From NCBI GenBank assembly GCA_040954595.2, contig CM082579.2:13269834-13333833 (forward strand): DNA of 64,000 nucleotides. The letters are read 5' to 3'. The notes below the pieces were generated by a model, which saw only the letters and a program-made list of their open reading frames with translations, was not told the DNA's origin and made no database searches. Made by a program: the position numbers and the translations under genes. Below are positions 29,081 to 40,614 of this stretch, in pieces; within the stretch, counting starts at the first letter, position 1; each line of letters opens with the position of its first letter. Source of the DNA: Balanoglossus misakiensis. Lineage: Eukaryota > Animalia > Hemichordata.

Positions 29081-30470
29081 TAATGTTGACACACAGAATG
29101 ACCCTACTAAACATTCAAAATTAATGGGTAGCATACTGTCCACTCTTGCCTGGTTAGTGTGTGCTCTGGTTAATGTTGACACAAAGGTTGACCCCACCAA
29201 ATACTAAAAATTAATGGGCAGCATACTGTCCACTCTGGCCTGGTTACTGTGTGCTCTGGTTAATGTTAACGGAAAGGTTGACCCCACCAAACATTCACAA
29301 TTAATGGGCAGCATACTGTCCACTCTGGCCTGGTTACTGTGTGCTCTGGTTAATGTTGACGCAAAGGTTGACCCCACCAAACACTCAAAATTAATGGGCA
29401 GCATACTGTCCACTCTGGCCTGGTTACTGTCTGGCCTGGTTAATGTTGACGCAAAGGTTGACCCCACCAAACACTCAAAATTAATGGGCAGCATACTGTC
29501 CACTCTGGCCTGGTTACTGTGTGCTCTGGTTAATGTTGACACACAGAATGACCCTACTAAACATTCAAAATTAATGGGCAGAATACTGTCCACTCTGGCC
29601 TGGTTACTGTGTGCTCTGGTTAATGTTGACGCACAGGTTAACCCCACCAAACACTCAAAATTAATGGGCAGAATACTGTCCACTCTGGCCTGGTTATTGT
29701 GTGCTGTGGTTAATGTTGACAAACAGGTTGACCCCACTAAACACTCAAAATAAATTGGCAGCATACTGTCCACTCTTGCCTGGTTACTGTGTGCCCTGGA
29801 TAATGTTGACGCAAAGGTTGACCCCACTAAACACTCAAAATTAATGGGCAGAATACTGTACACTCTGGCCTGGTTAATGTGTGCTCTGGTTAATGTTGAC
29901 GCAAAGGTTGACCCCTACCAAACACTCAAAATTAATGGGCAGTATACTGTCCACTCTGACCTTGTTACTGTGTGCTCTGGTTAATGTTGACGAAAAGGTT
30001 GACCCCACCAAACACCCAAAATTAATGGGCAGCATACTGTCCACTCTGGCCTGGTTACTGTGTGCCCTGGTTAATGTTGACGCATAGGTTGACCCACCAA
30101 ACACTCAAAATTAATGGACAGCATACTGTACACTCTGGCCTGGTTACTGTGTGCTCTGGTTAATGTTGACGCAAAGGTTGACCCCACCAAACACTCAAAA
30201 TTAATGGGCAGCATACTGTCCACTCTGGCCTGGTTACTGTGTGCTCTGGTTAATGTTGACGCAAAGGTTGACCCCACCAAACACTCAAAATAAATGGGCA
30301 GCATACTGTCCACTCTTGCCTGGTTACTGTGTGCTCTGGTTAATGTTGACGCACAGGTTGTCCCCACCAAACACTCAAAATTAATGGGCAACATACTGTC
30401 CACTCTGGCCTGGTTACTGTGTGCTGTGGTTAATGTTGACGCAAAGGTTGACCCCACCAAACACTCAAAA
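29081..30470. repeat. Diverged subfamily of the 90-bp satellite inside the macro-repeat (second full block)
   Basis: Near-identical to 26231-27620 at a +2850 offset. Confidence 0.95.
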
Positions 30471-32264
30471 CCAGATATTAACTGAATATGCTCACGTGCA
30501 GTACTGTGATTGGTTGACAGAATAACAAGATAAGAAAAACCAGTGTTAAACCATGTTGGTTTATAGTGTATATGGTGTAAGGGTTGTGTGTTGCACCATT
30601 GTGAAATGTAAACATATTTGTGGAATTGTTGCCTTGTCAATTTTTGTAAGGGGTTATGGACGATGTCAAATAACAAAAAATAAGTTTAGCTTGAAACCCC
30701 TGCACTCCCCCTTGTAACCTTATTGTTGAATACTGATCAGTGCCTCTCATTATTTCATTATTGTGACAACTCCATATTTAAACCATAACCAGGATAGAAA
30801 AGTACACTATCACACATATTGATATTTCGACAATATTTGAATGAAAACATTTCTTTTCAATTCTGAGTTTACATCAGGTCTTGATTGATTTTTCTGCTTA
30901 TAGAATAAGAATATGCAATGTAAAGAATTCTCGACTTACTCAACTATTTTGTTCGATGGAACACTTTTTTGGGTCAAAACCCCCACCCCCTAAACTTCAA
31001 GAAGTTAGATTTTTATCAGACCTGAATCCTTTGACATCGTCCCTTAACTTGGCAAGGGGTACTGGAAATTGAGGTGGTTGTGATGCAACAGGTGTGCCCT
31101 CGTGTGTTAATAGAAGAGAGGATGAAGTCAGAGGGCTAACCATTGCTGTTGAGGGCGCTCTTACATATTCGAGGTTGCAGGTTGAGCTTTGTATCGTTTG
31201 CATTTTAAATAAAATGTGTAGAGCTATGGATGAGATCCAATATCCAACATGGAATAGTAAAAAAGGAGTCTTATACCAGTTCCTGAACAAAAAAAATTAA
31301 CGTCAGATTTGTTTTCTTGATAAAATTTCACTACAGATTGATACGAAATGTGAGAAAAATTGTCCTCTGCTTTCATTATGGTCTTGCATCATACCCAGGG
31401 TTAGTGTAGGTCATTCAAGTTTAATGAGAAAATTTCCTAAAACACCAATTTGAGGTTTCGTAACACATAACTCCCATAGGCACTTTAACACCAAATTTCA
31501 GACACATCAGACAAATACTTTTAGAGAAGTTTTATTGATCAGAACTAACAATTTCCCCAAATAGGGATAAAACACCAAAAAATAGAAAACTAAAGATCTC
31601 TTCACAACAGGTGGTCTACTCAAGGTACTGCATACCAATTTTCAAAGCAATCCGAACAGCAGTTCTGGAGTCAATTTTCCACATTTGAGCTTAGTATAAT
31701 TTGGGCAATGTCACCTTCATTTGAATGAAACTACAGCAGTTCTCAAGGTTTTTTGCAATATATCGATGCTGAATTGTGCTATAAACCTGCATTGGTATGT
31801 GTACCAAAACAGATGTAGAAAATATCGCTGTTCTACACTAGTGGTTGTAATAATTCAAACATCTGGTAAGAAAATGAATGTGTCCTACATTGGCAACAGA
31901 ATCAGATATCTGGTAGGTAAAAGCTCACATTGGTGTGGATACAAAGTGTGAAGTTGCGTTAATTTTAACAGACACAAGAACAGGAACAAAGTAAACAAAT
32001 TTTAAAAAAGCAACAATTGTCTTAGAACTTACTATGGATGAGAATGGTCTGGAAGACGTACACACCACATATTTTATGCCAGCTATATAAGTGTAGCTCG
32101 TATTAGAAATATTGGTGAAAATGGTCTCCCCCCCCCCAAATACAAATTTGTGGGTTTTCCTACACCTCCATCAAATGATTCATCTCACATCCCGAAAAAT
32201 GTGCATAGTAAATTTTAAAGCTATTAGGAGTACTCTGATAGAAAAGTGAACTTGACAAAAAAAT

Positions 32265-32845
32265 GCCTTAAAACATAACTTTGCATATTTTAAGCACATT
32301 TAATAAAAACAATCTGATTACTGTTATCCCTGGGTTTCTGAATGCCAAATATCAAAGCCATCCCATGTACAGTATTTTAGGAAGATTTGAAAAGAATTTC
32401 TGAACAAACTGCTTTAAAACACAAATTATTACTTTTAAAGGACACTTAAAAAAATCTATTTACTGTTATCCCTAGGCTTCTGAATACCTAATATCAAAGC
32501 CATCTGATGTGCAGTATTTTAGGAAGATTTCAAAAGAACTGAGCAAACAGCCTTAAAACACAAATTTGCATATTTTAAGCACACTGAAAAAAACTCTATT
32601 CACTGTCATTCCTGGGCTTTTGAATACCTAATATCAAAGCTGTCCAATGTGCATTTTTTTGGAGGAGAGTTCAAACGAATTAATGAACAAACTGCCTCAA
32701 AACACAAATGTACATATTTTAAGCACACTTTTAAAAAATCTTATTACTGTCATTCCTGTGTCTGAGTACCAAATATCAAAGTCGTCTGATGTGCACGTTT
32801 GATGAAAAAGACTTCTAAAATATTTTTGAAGAAACTATCTTAAAT
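32265..32845 (+). repeat. Degenerate ~141-bp tandem repeat (4 clear copies), possibly the central repeats of a non-autonomous Helentron-associated (HINE-like) element
   Basis: ATCAAAG recurs at 32351, 32493, 32633 and 32775 within aligned units (…TACTGTTATCCCT…GAATACCTAATATCAAAGC…). The repeat is seen directly; the HINE assignment is inference. Confidence 0.8.
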
Positions 32846-32980
32846 TCTAATGTCTAACGAGTTCGTGTGGGTAACAAAACTGAAACTATTCACCACTCTA
32901 ATAGTGGCTGAAAACATTGAAATCCTAGCAATGCGCCTACAGAGTCATTGTAAAAGAATGTGATGTATGGTAGGGAAAGC

Positions 32981-33014
32981 TCAGCATTTGCCCTTGCTAG
33001 GTTTGGTTCTGTAC
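32981..33014 (-). CDS. OB-fold gene putative terminal exon (RYRTKPSKGKC*)
   Basis: Acceptor CCTCTTATTTCCAG, read in phase 2 from exon 5 to a TGA at 32981-32983. The exon is short, so support is weak. Confidence 0.5.
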
Positions 33015-36000
33015 CTGGAAATAAGAGGCAAATAATTACATTGTAAGAATGGGTGATAAAAATAATCTAATGTTTGCAACCTGACTGATATTCATTGTCA
33101 AGCAACTTTAAGATGTCTGGAGATCTTGAAATATTTATTTCAGGACAATTTGGTTACATCTTACTAATACAATCTCCAAGATCCTACACACCAAACTTGA
33201 AAGAAATCTGATAAGTGGATTCAGAGAAAATGATTTGGTCAAAAAACGGAAAGAATTGCCCTCAAGAGAGAATTATTCAAAGTTCACTACAATTTTAAGC
33301 GAGTAAGGAAATCTCTAGGAAGCTTGCAAACGAAGTTTCAAAGCAATTGGACCATTGGTTTCAGATATTTTTAACAAACAAAGAATGGCAAAATTTGCTC
33401 CAAAAATCCAATCATGCATATGTCAGGACAATCTGAATACATGTTACTGAAAATATCCATAGAAACCTGTACACCATGACAGACATTCCACCAATGTGAT
33501 GAGCTCAGTTGTCACCGACAGCAGACCGAAAAAGTAGTTTTACCTCAATTGTACAACTGTTCCGTTGTCTTTCTTGTATACAATCTGCACTGGCAGTTTG
33601 GATATAATGTCCTCTTCGGAGCCAAGGGAACTGATATCTGCCTTGTATGGCGTGTGCACACCTTCTATGACCAGACATCTGTGGAAGAGAAAAAAAAGTT
33701 CGCGCATTTTTTGGATGAACTTTTTGAAAGGGGAAGACAACACAGCTATGATTTTCTTCACATGTCCCAAGGAAAGCCAAGTTGGTTTGTGCCAAATACT
33801 AAAATGTTATGATGTAAGTATTTTCAATGGATGTGAAATTGACAATATACAACTTGGTTGTAAAAGTGACATTTTTAATCATAACCAGGTTATACTACTG
33901 GTCAGAACAGAGTGCATGATCGTGTATTAATAGTATTTTTGGCAGATGAGATCACCATCAGACGTTGTCCAATATGAAGAATTTAAATTTGGTGTCGTTT
34001 GTCCAGTAGTTTAGCCAAAGATAACGCCACACTGACATGTGTGGAAGTGATAATGAAGATGTACTAACTTCTCGTCTGTGTCTATTCCTTGAAGTGTACC
34101 ATTTGCCTCAAGAATTTCAGCATCATCTTCTATAGTCTGAAAATAAGTATGAGACATATTAGTGAATCTGAAATATCTGTATCGTAGTGTTGATAGTGTG
34201 TAGTGACTGTTAGAAAACACATTGAAGCCCCAGTATTTCTCATTTTGACAATTTTTCATCATCAAAAATTTCCTGTTTTTTCCGCATTCATCTTGGAATA
34301 CTAGATAATGAAGATATTAGCAAGATTTGTGCTGCTGTAACTATGTGCAAACCCTAAATATTGCCTGTAAAATTTGAAATGACCGACAGGTTTGTTTACA
34401 ACAGAAATGGTGCATATGTGAATTTTTGCGAGTTTCTTCAAACATTTACTAGATTTGGGACAATCAAACCTCTTCAGTGTGGGTTCTATAAATGTTATGC
34501 ATGGCTGAATCTGTGTACATTTAGTTGTATAGGCACAGCAGGGGTTACATTGGATTCCATGTGTCAACAAAGCCTGACTTTCTGTCCGGACAGAAAGTCA
34601 TTTTCAATTGTTATATTGAAAAGTATATACATTTGTGAGCAGGGCTGGTCATAAAAACTGTGAGAGTCATTATCAATTATTATCTACTTTTAGAAATTGA
34701 AGATATTTCAAACAAAAATATGTCGAAACAAGAAATACTGAGGCTGAATTTTGACAGTGGATGAATACTGACCTTTATTTTTGTGGAGACTGTGCTATTG
34801 ACATGATTGACATCCTTGTACTTGTCTACGATTACTGGTCCAATTTTCCCTTTTGCACCTTCTCTGACTTGCAGGTCACACTGTTTGCCCCAAAGGTTCA
34901 TTTGCATTGACCTCAAACCATCTGTTAAAACGATATCTGTTCTACGTGTTTTATTTGTTGTTTGCTGTTCGTGCGAAACCTAAATGTAAAGAAATTAAAT
35001 TGCAAGGTGATACTGTGCAATGGAAATGTGTCTTGACTGGTACAAGTAATGCTAGTCAATTGGTGAAATAAGAGTAAGAAAAGGTGTTGTTTAGTATGGT
35101 AAGTTTACAGTTATTGATGTGAAATTAAATTATTCTCACCGAAGCATTTTCTGCCTGTATAATTTTGGATGACAATCAGAAATCATCAAGATAAGAATTT
35201 TAACCTGCAATGTTGTAGAAATTAGTCATCACTGTGAGGAATCATGGGGAGAACAGTCAATTTGCATAATAATCTATTGGGGGAAAGTAGGCGTTATTGT
35301 TTGAGTAAACAAAATATTTTGTCATAATGTGTGCATATGTGATTACCTTATCAATTCTAGCCACAACACTGACCCTCCTTTTTCGGGGCGAGTGCTGTAA
35401 ATCAGCTAGTGGGACCTCCTCTGGTTCATTGAATAGTTTCTCCTGTTCTTTTTCAACTTTGAATGCATTGTTCCCAGTACGGGCAATCTACGGCAAAAAG
35501 GGGAAAAAATCAATTAAAATGTAAAGCGATATTATTTAAAGATTACAACATGTAAGTGAAAATTCGGGAATGGGTCATGAAATAAATCTCGTTTTTGAAT
35601 AAATTAGGGGCAAGATCTAAAGTTCAATAAAAGTAACTTAATTGTTTAAAAGTTTGGTCTCAGACCCACCCCCCACTCTAACTAAACAGACCGAAAATTG
35701 AAAAACATTCGAAGCGTACCCTGCATTAATTCTTTCAGACAGCGTACTATTAAATTGAGTGAAAACAGAAAACCATTATTAATTGACAAAAATATTCATA
35801 TTGCAACACAACAAAAAGCAGTCTTGAAATCTTTCGTTTTGCCAAAAGTCGAATCGTTTTTGACTGCAGACATGAATTTGGCCCAAAAACCCAACCCCCA
35901 AACTTGATCATTTTTTTGTAAACATCAATCTTTTGACGTTGCCGTTTAGTAGAGAGAAAAGACGAGATCTATCGGAATTGTAATATCATGCGATGTCGAG

Positions 36001-36292
36001 TTTTGAGGTTTATAGAGGGAACTGACGATTAAAGGGTCAAGACAAGTGTTCACCTTGTATATTTGTTGACGCCAATCCCACCGTCTCGACAATTAGTGAA
36101 CCGCCGTAGTTCCAGAAATGTGCCTTTTGTGAATTTATCGACGCACCCGTCGTTCCAGATTTTAATTTCGTGGAAGTGGCCGTTGTCGTCGATTGCTGTT
36201 AAGTTGTAGAAGGGTCCAGTTGCGGCGTAACGCTCTTCAGGTTCTTCCAGAACCTTTATTTTTATGGCTAGATCTTGACTGTTAGTTGCCAT
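32981..36292 (-). CDS. Spliced gene (6 coding exons) for a ~275-aa tandem OB-fold, RPA/SSB-like protein; possibly pseudogenised by a 1-nt phase mismatch at the first coding junction
   Basis: Coding exons with canonical GT-AG boundaries: 36292-36054, 35487-35347, 34979-34773, 34136-34069, 33678-33544 and 33014-32981. The last four junctions are phase-consistent (0,0,2,2). Two OB-like units are visible: KIKVLE…TAIDDNG…IKIWN…GTFLELRRF, and RVSVVARIDK…TDIVLTDG…MNLWG…VDKY…VNST…TKI. The fold is assigned by motif pattern only. Confidence 0.7.
33544..33678 (-). CDS. OB-fold gene coding exon 5 (KCLVIEGVH…KLPVQIVYKKDNGTVVQL)
   Basis: Strong acceptor TTTTTTTCTCTTCCACAG, in phase with exon 4. It ends either at donor AG|GTAAAA or at the in-frame TAA (33540-33542). 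Confidence 0.7.
34069..34136 (-). CDS. OB-fold gene coding exon 4 (TIEDDAEILEANGTLQGIDTDE)
   Basis: Acceptor CTTATTTTCAG, donor AA|GTTAGT; phase 0 in, phase 2 out. Confidence 0.7.
34773..34979 (-). CDS. OB-fold gene coding exon 3 (VSHEQQ…TDIVLTDG…NLWGK…VNSTVSTKIK)
   Basis: Acceptor TTTCTTTACATTTAG, 69 open codons, donor AAG|GTCAGT. The pattern resembles an RPA70-type OB domain. Confidence 0.8.
35347..35487 (-). CDS. OB-fold gene coding exon 2 (IARTGNNAFKVEKEQ…RVSVVARIDK)
   Basis: Polypyrimidine acceptor CCCCTTTTTGCCGTAG, 47 open codons, donor AAG|GTAATC. Confidence 0.75.
36054..36292 (-). CDS. OB-fold gene coding exon 1 (MATNSQDLAIKIKVLEE…GVNKYT)
   Basis: Matches ORF 36050-36292. An upstream acceptor TTGTTCACAG opens the exon at 36316, followed by the start AAAATGG and the donor AG|GTGAAC. 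Confidence 0.7.
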
Positions 36293-36637
36293 TTTCAGAC
36301 TGGGATCTGATGCAACCTGTGAACAAGTGGATAATGGTATTTATGAGTTCATGAAAACAGTAGACAGTTGCAGCGAAGTTAGACAATTTCTCCTGAGAGC
36401 TTTGATTGTGTTAATGATGATTGCGTCGAACGCTAGACGAATGATTTTTGTACACATTGATATGTCTATGATAATAAATCATAATACCGACTGGTAACGT
36501 ATTCAGGCAAAACTGGTGAAACGGTTGTCATGCAAACTTGTCCTGAATAAAATATGAAATGCTGCGACATGGTTTCGCAATAACGCAAAGGCATTCCTTT
36601 TAGTATTACCATACAAATAGGAAAAAACTTTACTCAC

Positions 36638-36806
36638 TTGCTTATTTAATGATTCCTTGTGGACGACAGGCACTTCTGGGTGTCGGACACTTTTTCAGTA
36701 CGCGTCACTGAGACGCACTTCTGGATGGCGGACACTTTTTTTCCAAGTATACGTCACTGAGACGCACAGGACAGAAACTTTTCTCCTAGCAGGTTTCCTT
36801 AAAAAT
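36638..36806 (-). other. Putative non-coding first exon (5' UTR) of the OB-fold gene, containing a ~45-49-bp tandem duplication (36671-36767)
   Basis: Consensus donor CAA|GTGAGT at 36637 pairs with the acceptor at 36317. The unit CACTTCTGG…CGGACACTTTTT…CGTCACTGAGACG is duplicated. Confidence 0.55.
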
Positions 36807-36890
36807 GACCCACGCCAGAGCACGAGGGTGGGTTTATATACTGCTCATGAATATTCAGTGGATTCTGAGCCTGCAAAGTCCGAACCAATG
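36801..36890 (-). promoter_or_regulatory. RNA polymerase II core promoter: TATA box, initiator and CCAAT box
   Basis: Minus-strand TATATAAA lies at 36840-36833 and Inr-like TCATTT has its A at 36806, about 32 nt downstream of TATAAA. A CCAAT sits at ~36885 (about -80). A strong splice donor follows. Confidence 0.6.
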
Positions 36891-39800
36891 GCAGGTATAG
36901 GAAAGAAGAGATCGAACGTAAAAGTGAGCAAGGGAGTGGGTGTGTCCAAGTGTAGTTTCCAAAAATGTTGCAAGCTTGAAGATGGGCCAATGACAATTCA
37001 AAATCGAAATGCATACACAATTAGGTGAGCAGGACCCTATTAGAATGATAAGGTATTCGATCTGAACCATGCAGAGTATTCTCGTTAATTGTGTTGAAAC
37101 TTTAACCGAGAATCAGTGTTTTGGTCACTTTTCATTTGCAGATGCGTACGCAAGTTGAGGCGTTGTACTAGTGTTGAGAAATCTTTACCATCGTTATGTA
37201 TAGTATAATGTAAAGTTTGATAGGTATTATTTTTCCCGCTGAATATTTGATGAAATGTTCGATATCATTTTTCAAGATTTCATGAAACTACGCAGAGCCG
37301 TCGTAGCGGGCGCCGTACGGGCACCTGTGAAACACGATACGCATACACTGACGTTTTTTTGGAACAAAACACACAAAATAAAGGAAGTCGAAGACATACC
37401 GTCCATAGAAATTTTTAACCGCTAATCAAACAAAAGTATCAAAATGTATCGTTAAAATGTTTGTAATTTATAAACACGGTGTTCGTTGGGTCAAAACTGT
37501 GCCACCAGACTATGTACAAAAACGGCAGTAAAACGTTGAAATTTGATGTATCCTGTGATTATAAGTCCGACTTTGTAGATTCTACACCAGCAGGCAGAAC
37601 GAAAAACATCTTATTTCACACTAAACTTATAATCGAAACTTTATGATAATGAACTGGGCTTCAATAGTAACAATTCAAAGACAGATTTACTGCGCGAAAG
37701 CTATAACTTTGTAGTTTTAGTTACAAAAACAAAGCTTGTTCGAAAACGACTTTTGATGAATGTCAACTTTTTGTCCGGTAAATTTTCCAGTAGGCCTACT
37801 ACTTTCAAAATTTAAATGAATACAGAAATGGAAGCATGAGTTTCACATTTGAACGAACAGTGAGAAAGGGTGACAACAACAACAACAACTTGTAGAAATT
37901 ATGGCTTTAGTCGTTTTATATTGAAATTTATGTTTCGTTTGTAGTGGAGGCTGGTCGTTTACGCCAAACGTTTTTTTATGTTACACGCGGTTCAGAAATA
38001 GGTTAGGCGAATTAGATTGTTTTTGTTCATATTATTCTAAATCAAAGGAGTATGCGATAAATTACACCACGGAAACATGTTTGCGATTGGAAAAGAGGAG
38101 CTTATCATACATGCAAAGCCTGTATGCCACTGCGCTATTGCTGTATTGTTCTCAGAGCGAAGATTAAGACAGAGTATTTTCACATGTGAGAAAAGATAAT
38201 TTTAGAACGTGTGTCGAGAGACGCCCACTACATTTTTCTCTTCACGGCAAAGATCGAGAAATACACGAAAAATGATGTTTGAATAGACCAAGACCGATAA
38301 AAAGTAATGTAAAATCACATTATTTTGTGGAATGAAATCAAAATTCGCTCATCACACTGAAGTCAGCCAGCCACAACTTGCAACATTTGTCGCGTTATCA
38401 AGAGAGAGTTGTAGCAGGCGCCGTGTGAGCACGCGCGAGTTGGTTGTCTTATTCCTGGAAAACTGTGTTAGGATGTCATCGAAAGTCCCCTTTATCGTCC
38501 ACAATTCGACCTGAGTTGATAATAGAGTTAAAAACTGTGAGCTGATTCTAAAAAAAAATGTATCCGGAAACCAGCGACATATCGTTTTGAGTTGACAGCA
38601 GCGAAAAGAAAGTTAGTGGTCAGGGGTTTGAAGTACGTCGGGTTACCGGAAATGTCTTTTTTTCTTAGCATAATATTTAATTTTTGTTTTCAAAACATTA
38701 GTAGCCATCTTAGTTCTATTTTTGACACTTTCATTGGAATGCTTCGCATACATCCATGGTTAGGTATTAAGATATGTCGTCTGGTGTGTGTTCTTCTGAA
38801 TGTTATTTCACGGAAACTACCTCAACGGGACATAGAAATAGGTAATGTTCACGAAGCAAAGTGATGGCTGCTATCGTGCCTTCGTTCACATTCCGGACAA
38901 TGTAGCGTTCTGTTGATCCTTCAACTGCGGTTGCAGTGCCGAATGTTTATGTATAGCGCCCTCACTGTCTGGAGTATGCATCCATGATGAAGCAAGTAGG
39001 ACAGTCTTGTACAGTCTTTCAAGTGCAGTTTTTATATGACTGAATAGATTCTGGTGAAGTGAAACAACATTTGCGCTTTGAGAATTCTGTTAGAGAGGAA
39101 ATGATGGAACTGTTTGGTATTGAAATCATGATCTTTTGTATATTAATGTTCTTGCTAGTGTATTTGAGTAATAGAAATAAAATGAATATAACTGTCCAAA
39201 ATATTACTGCATATTCTGTAGCACACAAAAGTTCTAAAAAATTGAAACTTTTCATTGCTTTTTTTCCATTTTTTTCTGTTCATCAAGAAAAAGTGGACAG
39301 AAGTTGGTAAAAACCAAAACTTTCACACTAGTATGTTTAACATCCGGGCAAAATTATCTTTAAAATGAGAAACATGACACTTTACAATCTGTCCTGTACA
39401 ATTGTCATCAAGATTTGCGATTGATCATAGACTTCTTTCCGTTTTTGCTGTGTACAAAGAAAATCTGGATAGAAATTGGAGAAAACAAACGACTTTGAAC
39501 AGTTCAATTTGTACATCAGGCGAAAACTATCCAAAATGGTAGATTTACAGATAATCTTAGGAGTTGATTTGAAATAATTTATCCATTTTTAATCAAAAGT
39601 CATATCAAATAAGGTCATATTAGTATTATTTTTATTCTTTAATTGACTGAGGTACCGAATTTTCTGTTACCAATACCGCTGATGATACATCTTACACTGA
39701 GTTAGGTGTTTTCAACTAATTGTTAAAACTGTAGCTATTTAGCAATCTTTTTTCCAGTCTTTTTGACAATTTTCTAGTAAGCCTTGATATTTTGAATGGT

Positions 39801-40614
39801 TTTGTTGTTAAATGATTAAAAATTATGTTCCCATAAAAAGACTTGAACTAAAATAGTCAGTTTTTACAAAGTTTTATATTAATTAAACTGTTTTGACAAG
39901 TGCTCTACATATCAGACAAAATTGTTTGTGAATCTTTCAAATGTTAAATTTTATCAAAAGCCAAATTTAAAATGGTAAAAACATGCTTCTTGAGGGTCTT
40001 TTTTCAGGTCATACACACAATAAGAAAACTGTATGTTGATGCATAGATGCTGTTTTTTTTAAATATATATTTGATGAACAGAGAATATCATTTGTAAAAA
40101 ATTGGCCATTATCAAGTGAAACTATGTATTACTATATGTGACTTTTGAAAGCTTGTGCAAATTTTTTTTATGATTTTGTGTTCTATGGAAAATGGAGTTT
40201 TATTGTTGATGTTTTTGGTTATACAGTTATCTTATTGATAGCTAGTTCGATTTAAGTACCAAGACCATTCTCAGTATATAAAGTAGAATACATTTTCCGA
40301 GAGAATAGCTAGATATAAAGCTGTGAAATTATGGTCGAATGAGGGGGTTTAATATTTAGTGAGTTATCAGTTTTTAATTTGCATGTGGAATTCAAGATTT
40401 AAGATTTGGTATAGAGATATCAAAGAAACGGAGGTAAATTTGAAATGACACTAACAGCACTAACAGGGCATAATTGACAAAGTGCTTTTTAATGTTTAAT
40501 AGCTTTTAAAAGCCCATTTGAACTTTATCTTTTGCATTGTTTTGTGCTTGACATGACTTCATAATTGAGTACAGAGATCTAATAGTAATCACTAGTGATT
40601 GTTGTAATAATTTT

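Larger units (their letters stand above)
24563..31931. repeat. 2,850-bp tandem macro-repeat (~2.6 copies): ~1.39 kb of diverged 90-bp satellite plus ~1.46 kb non-satellite segment
   Basis: The same sequence (ACTGAATATGCTCACGTG) starts at 24781, 27631 and 30481. Short ORFs recur at a +2850 offset (25181/28031/30881; 26021/28871/31721). Non-satellite parts are 24771-26231, 27621-29081 and 30471-31931. Confidence 0.97.

Noticed and set aside
35140-35204. Possible extra exon in the OB-gene intron (CAG…TCG|GTGAGA)
   Set aside because: The 65-nt form breaks the frame and exons 2 and 3 already join in phase. A 15-nt micro-exon version is possible but unsupported.
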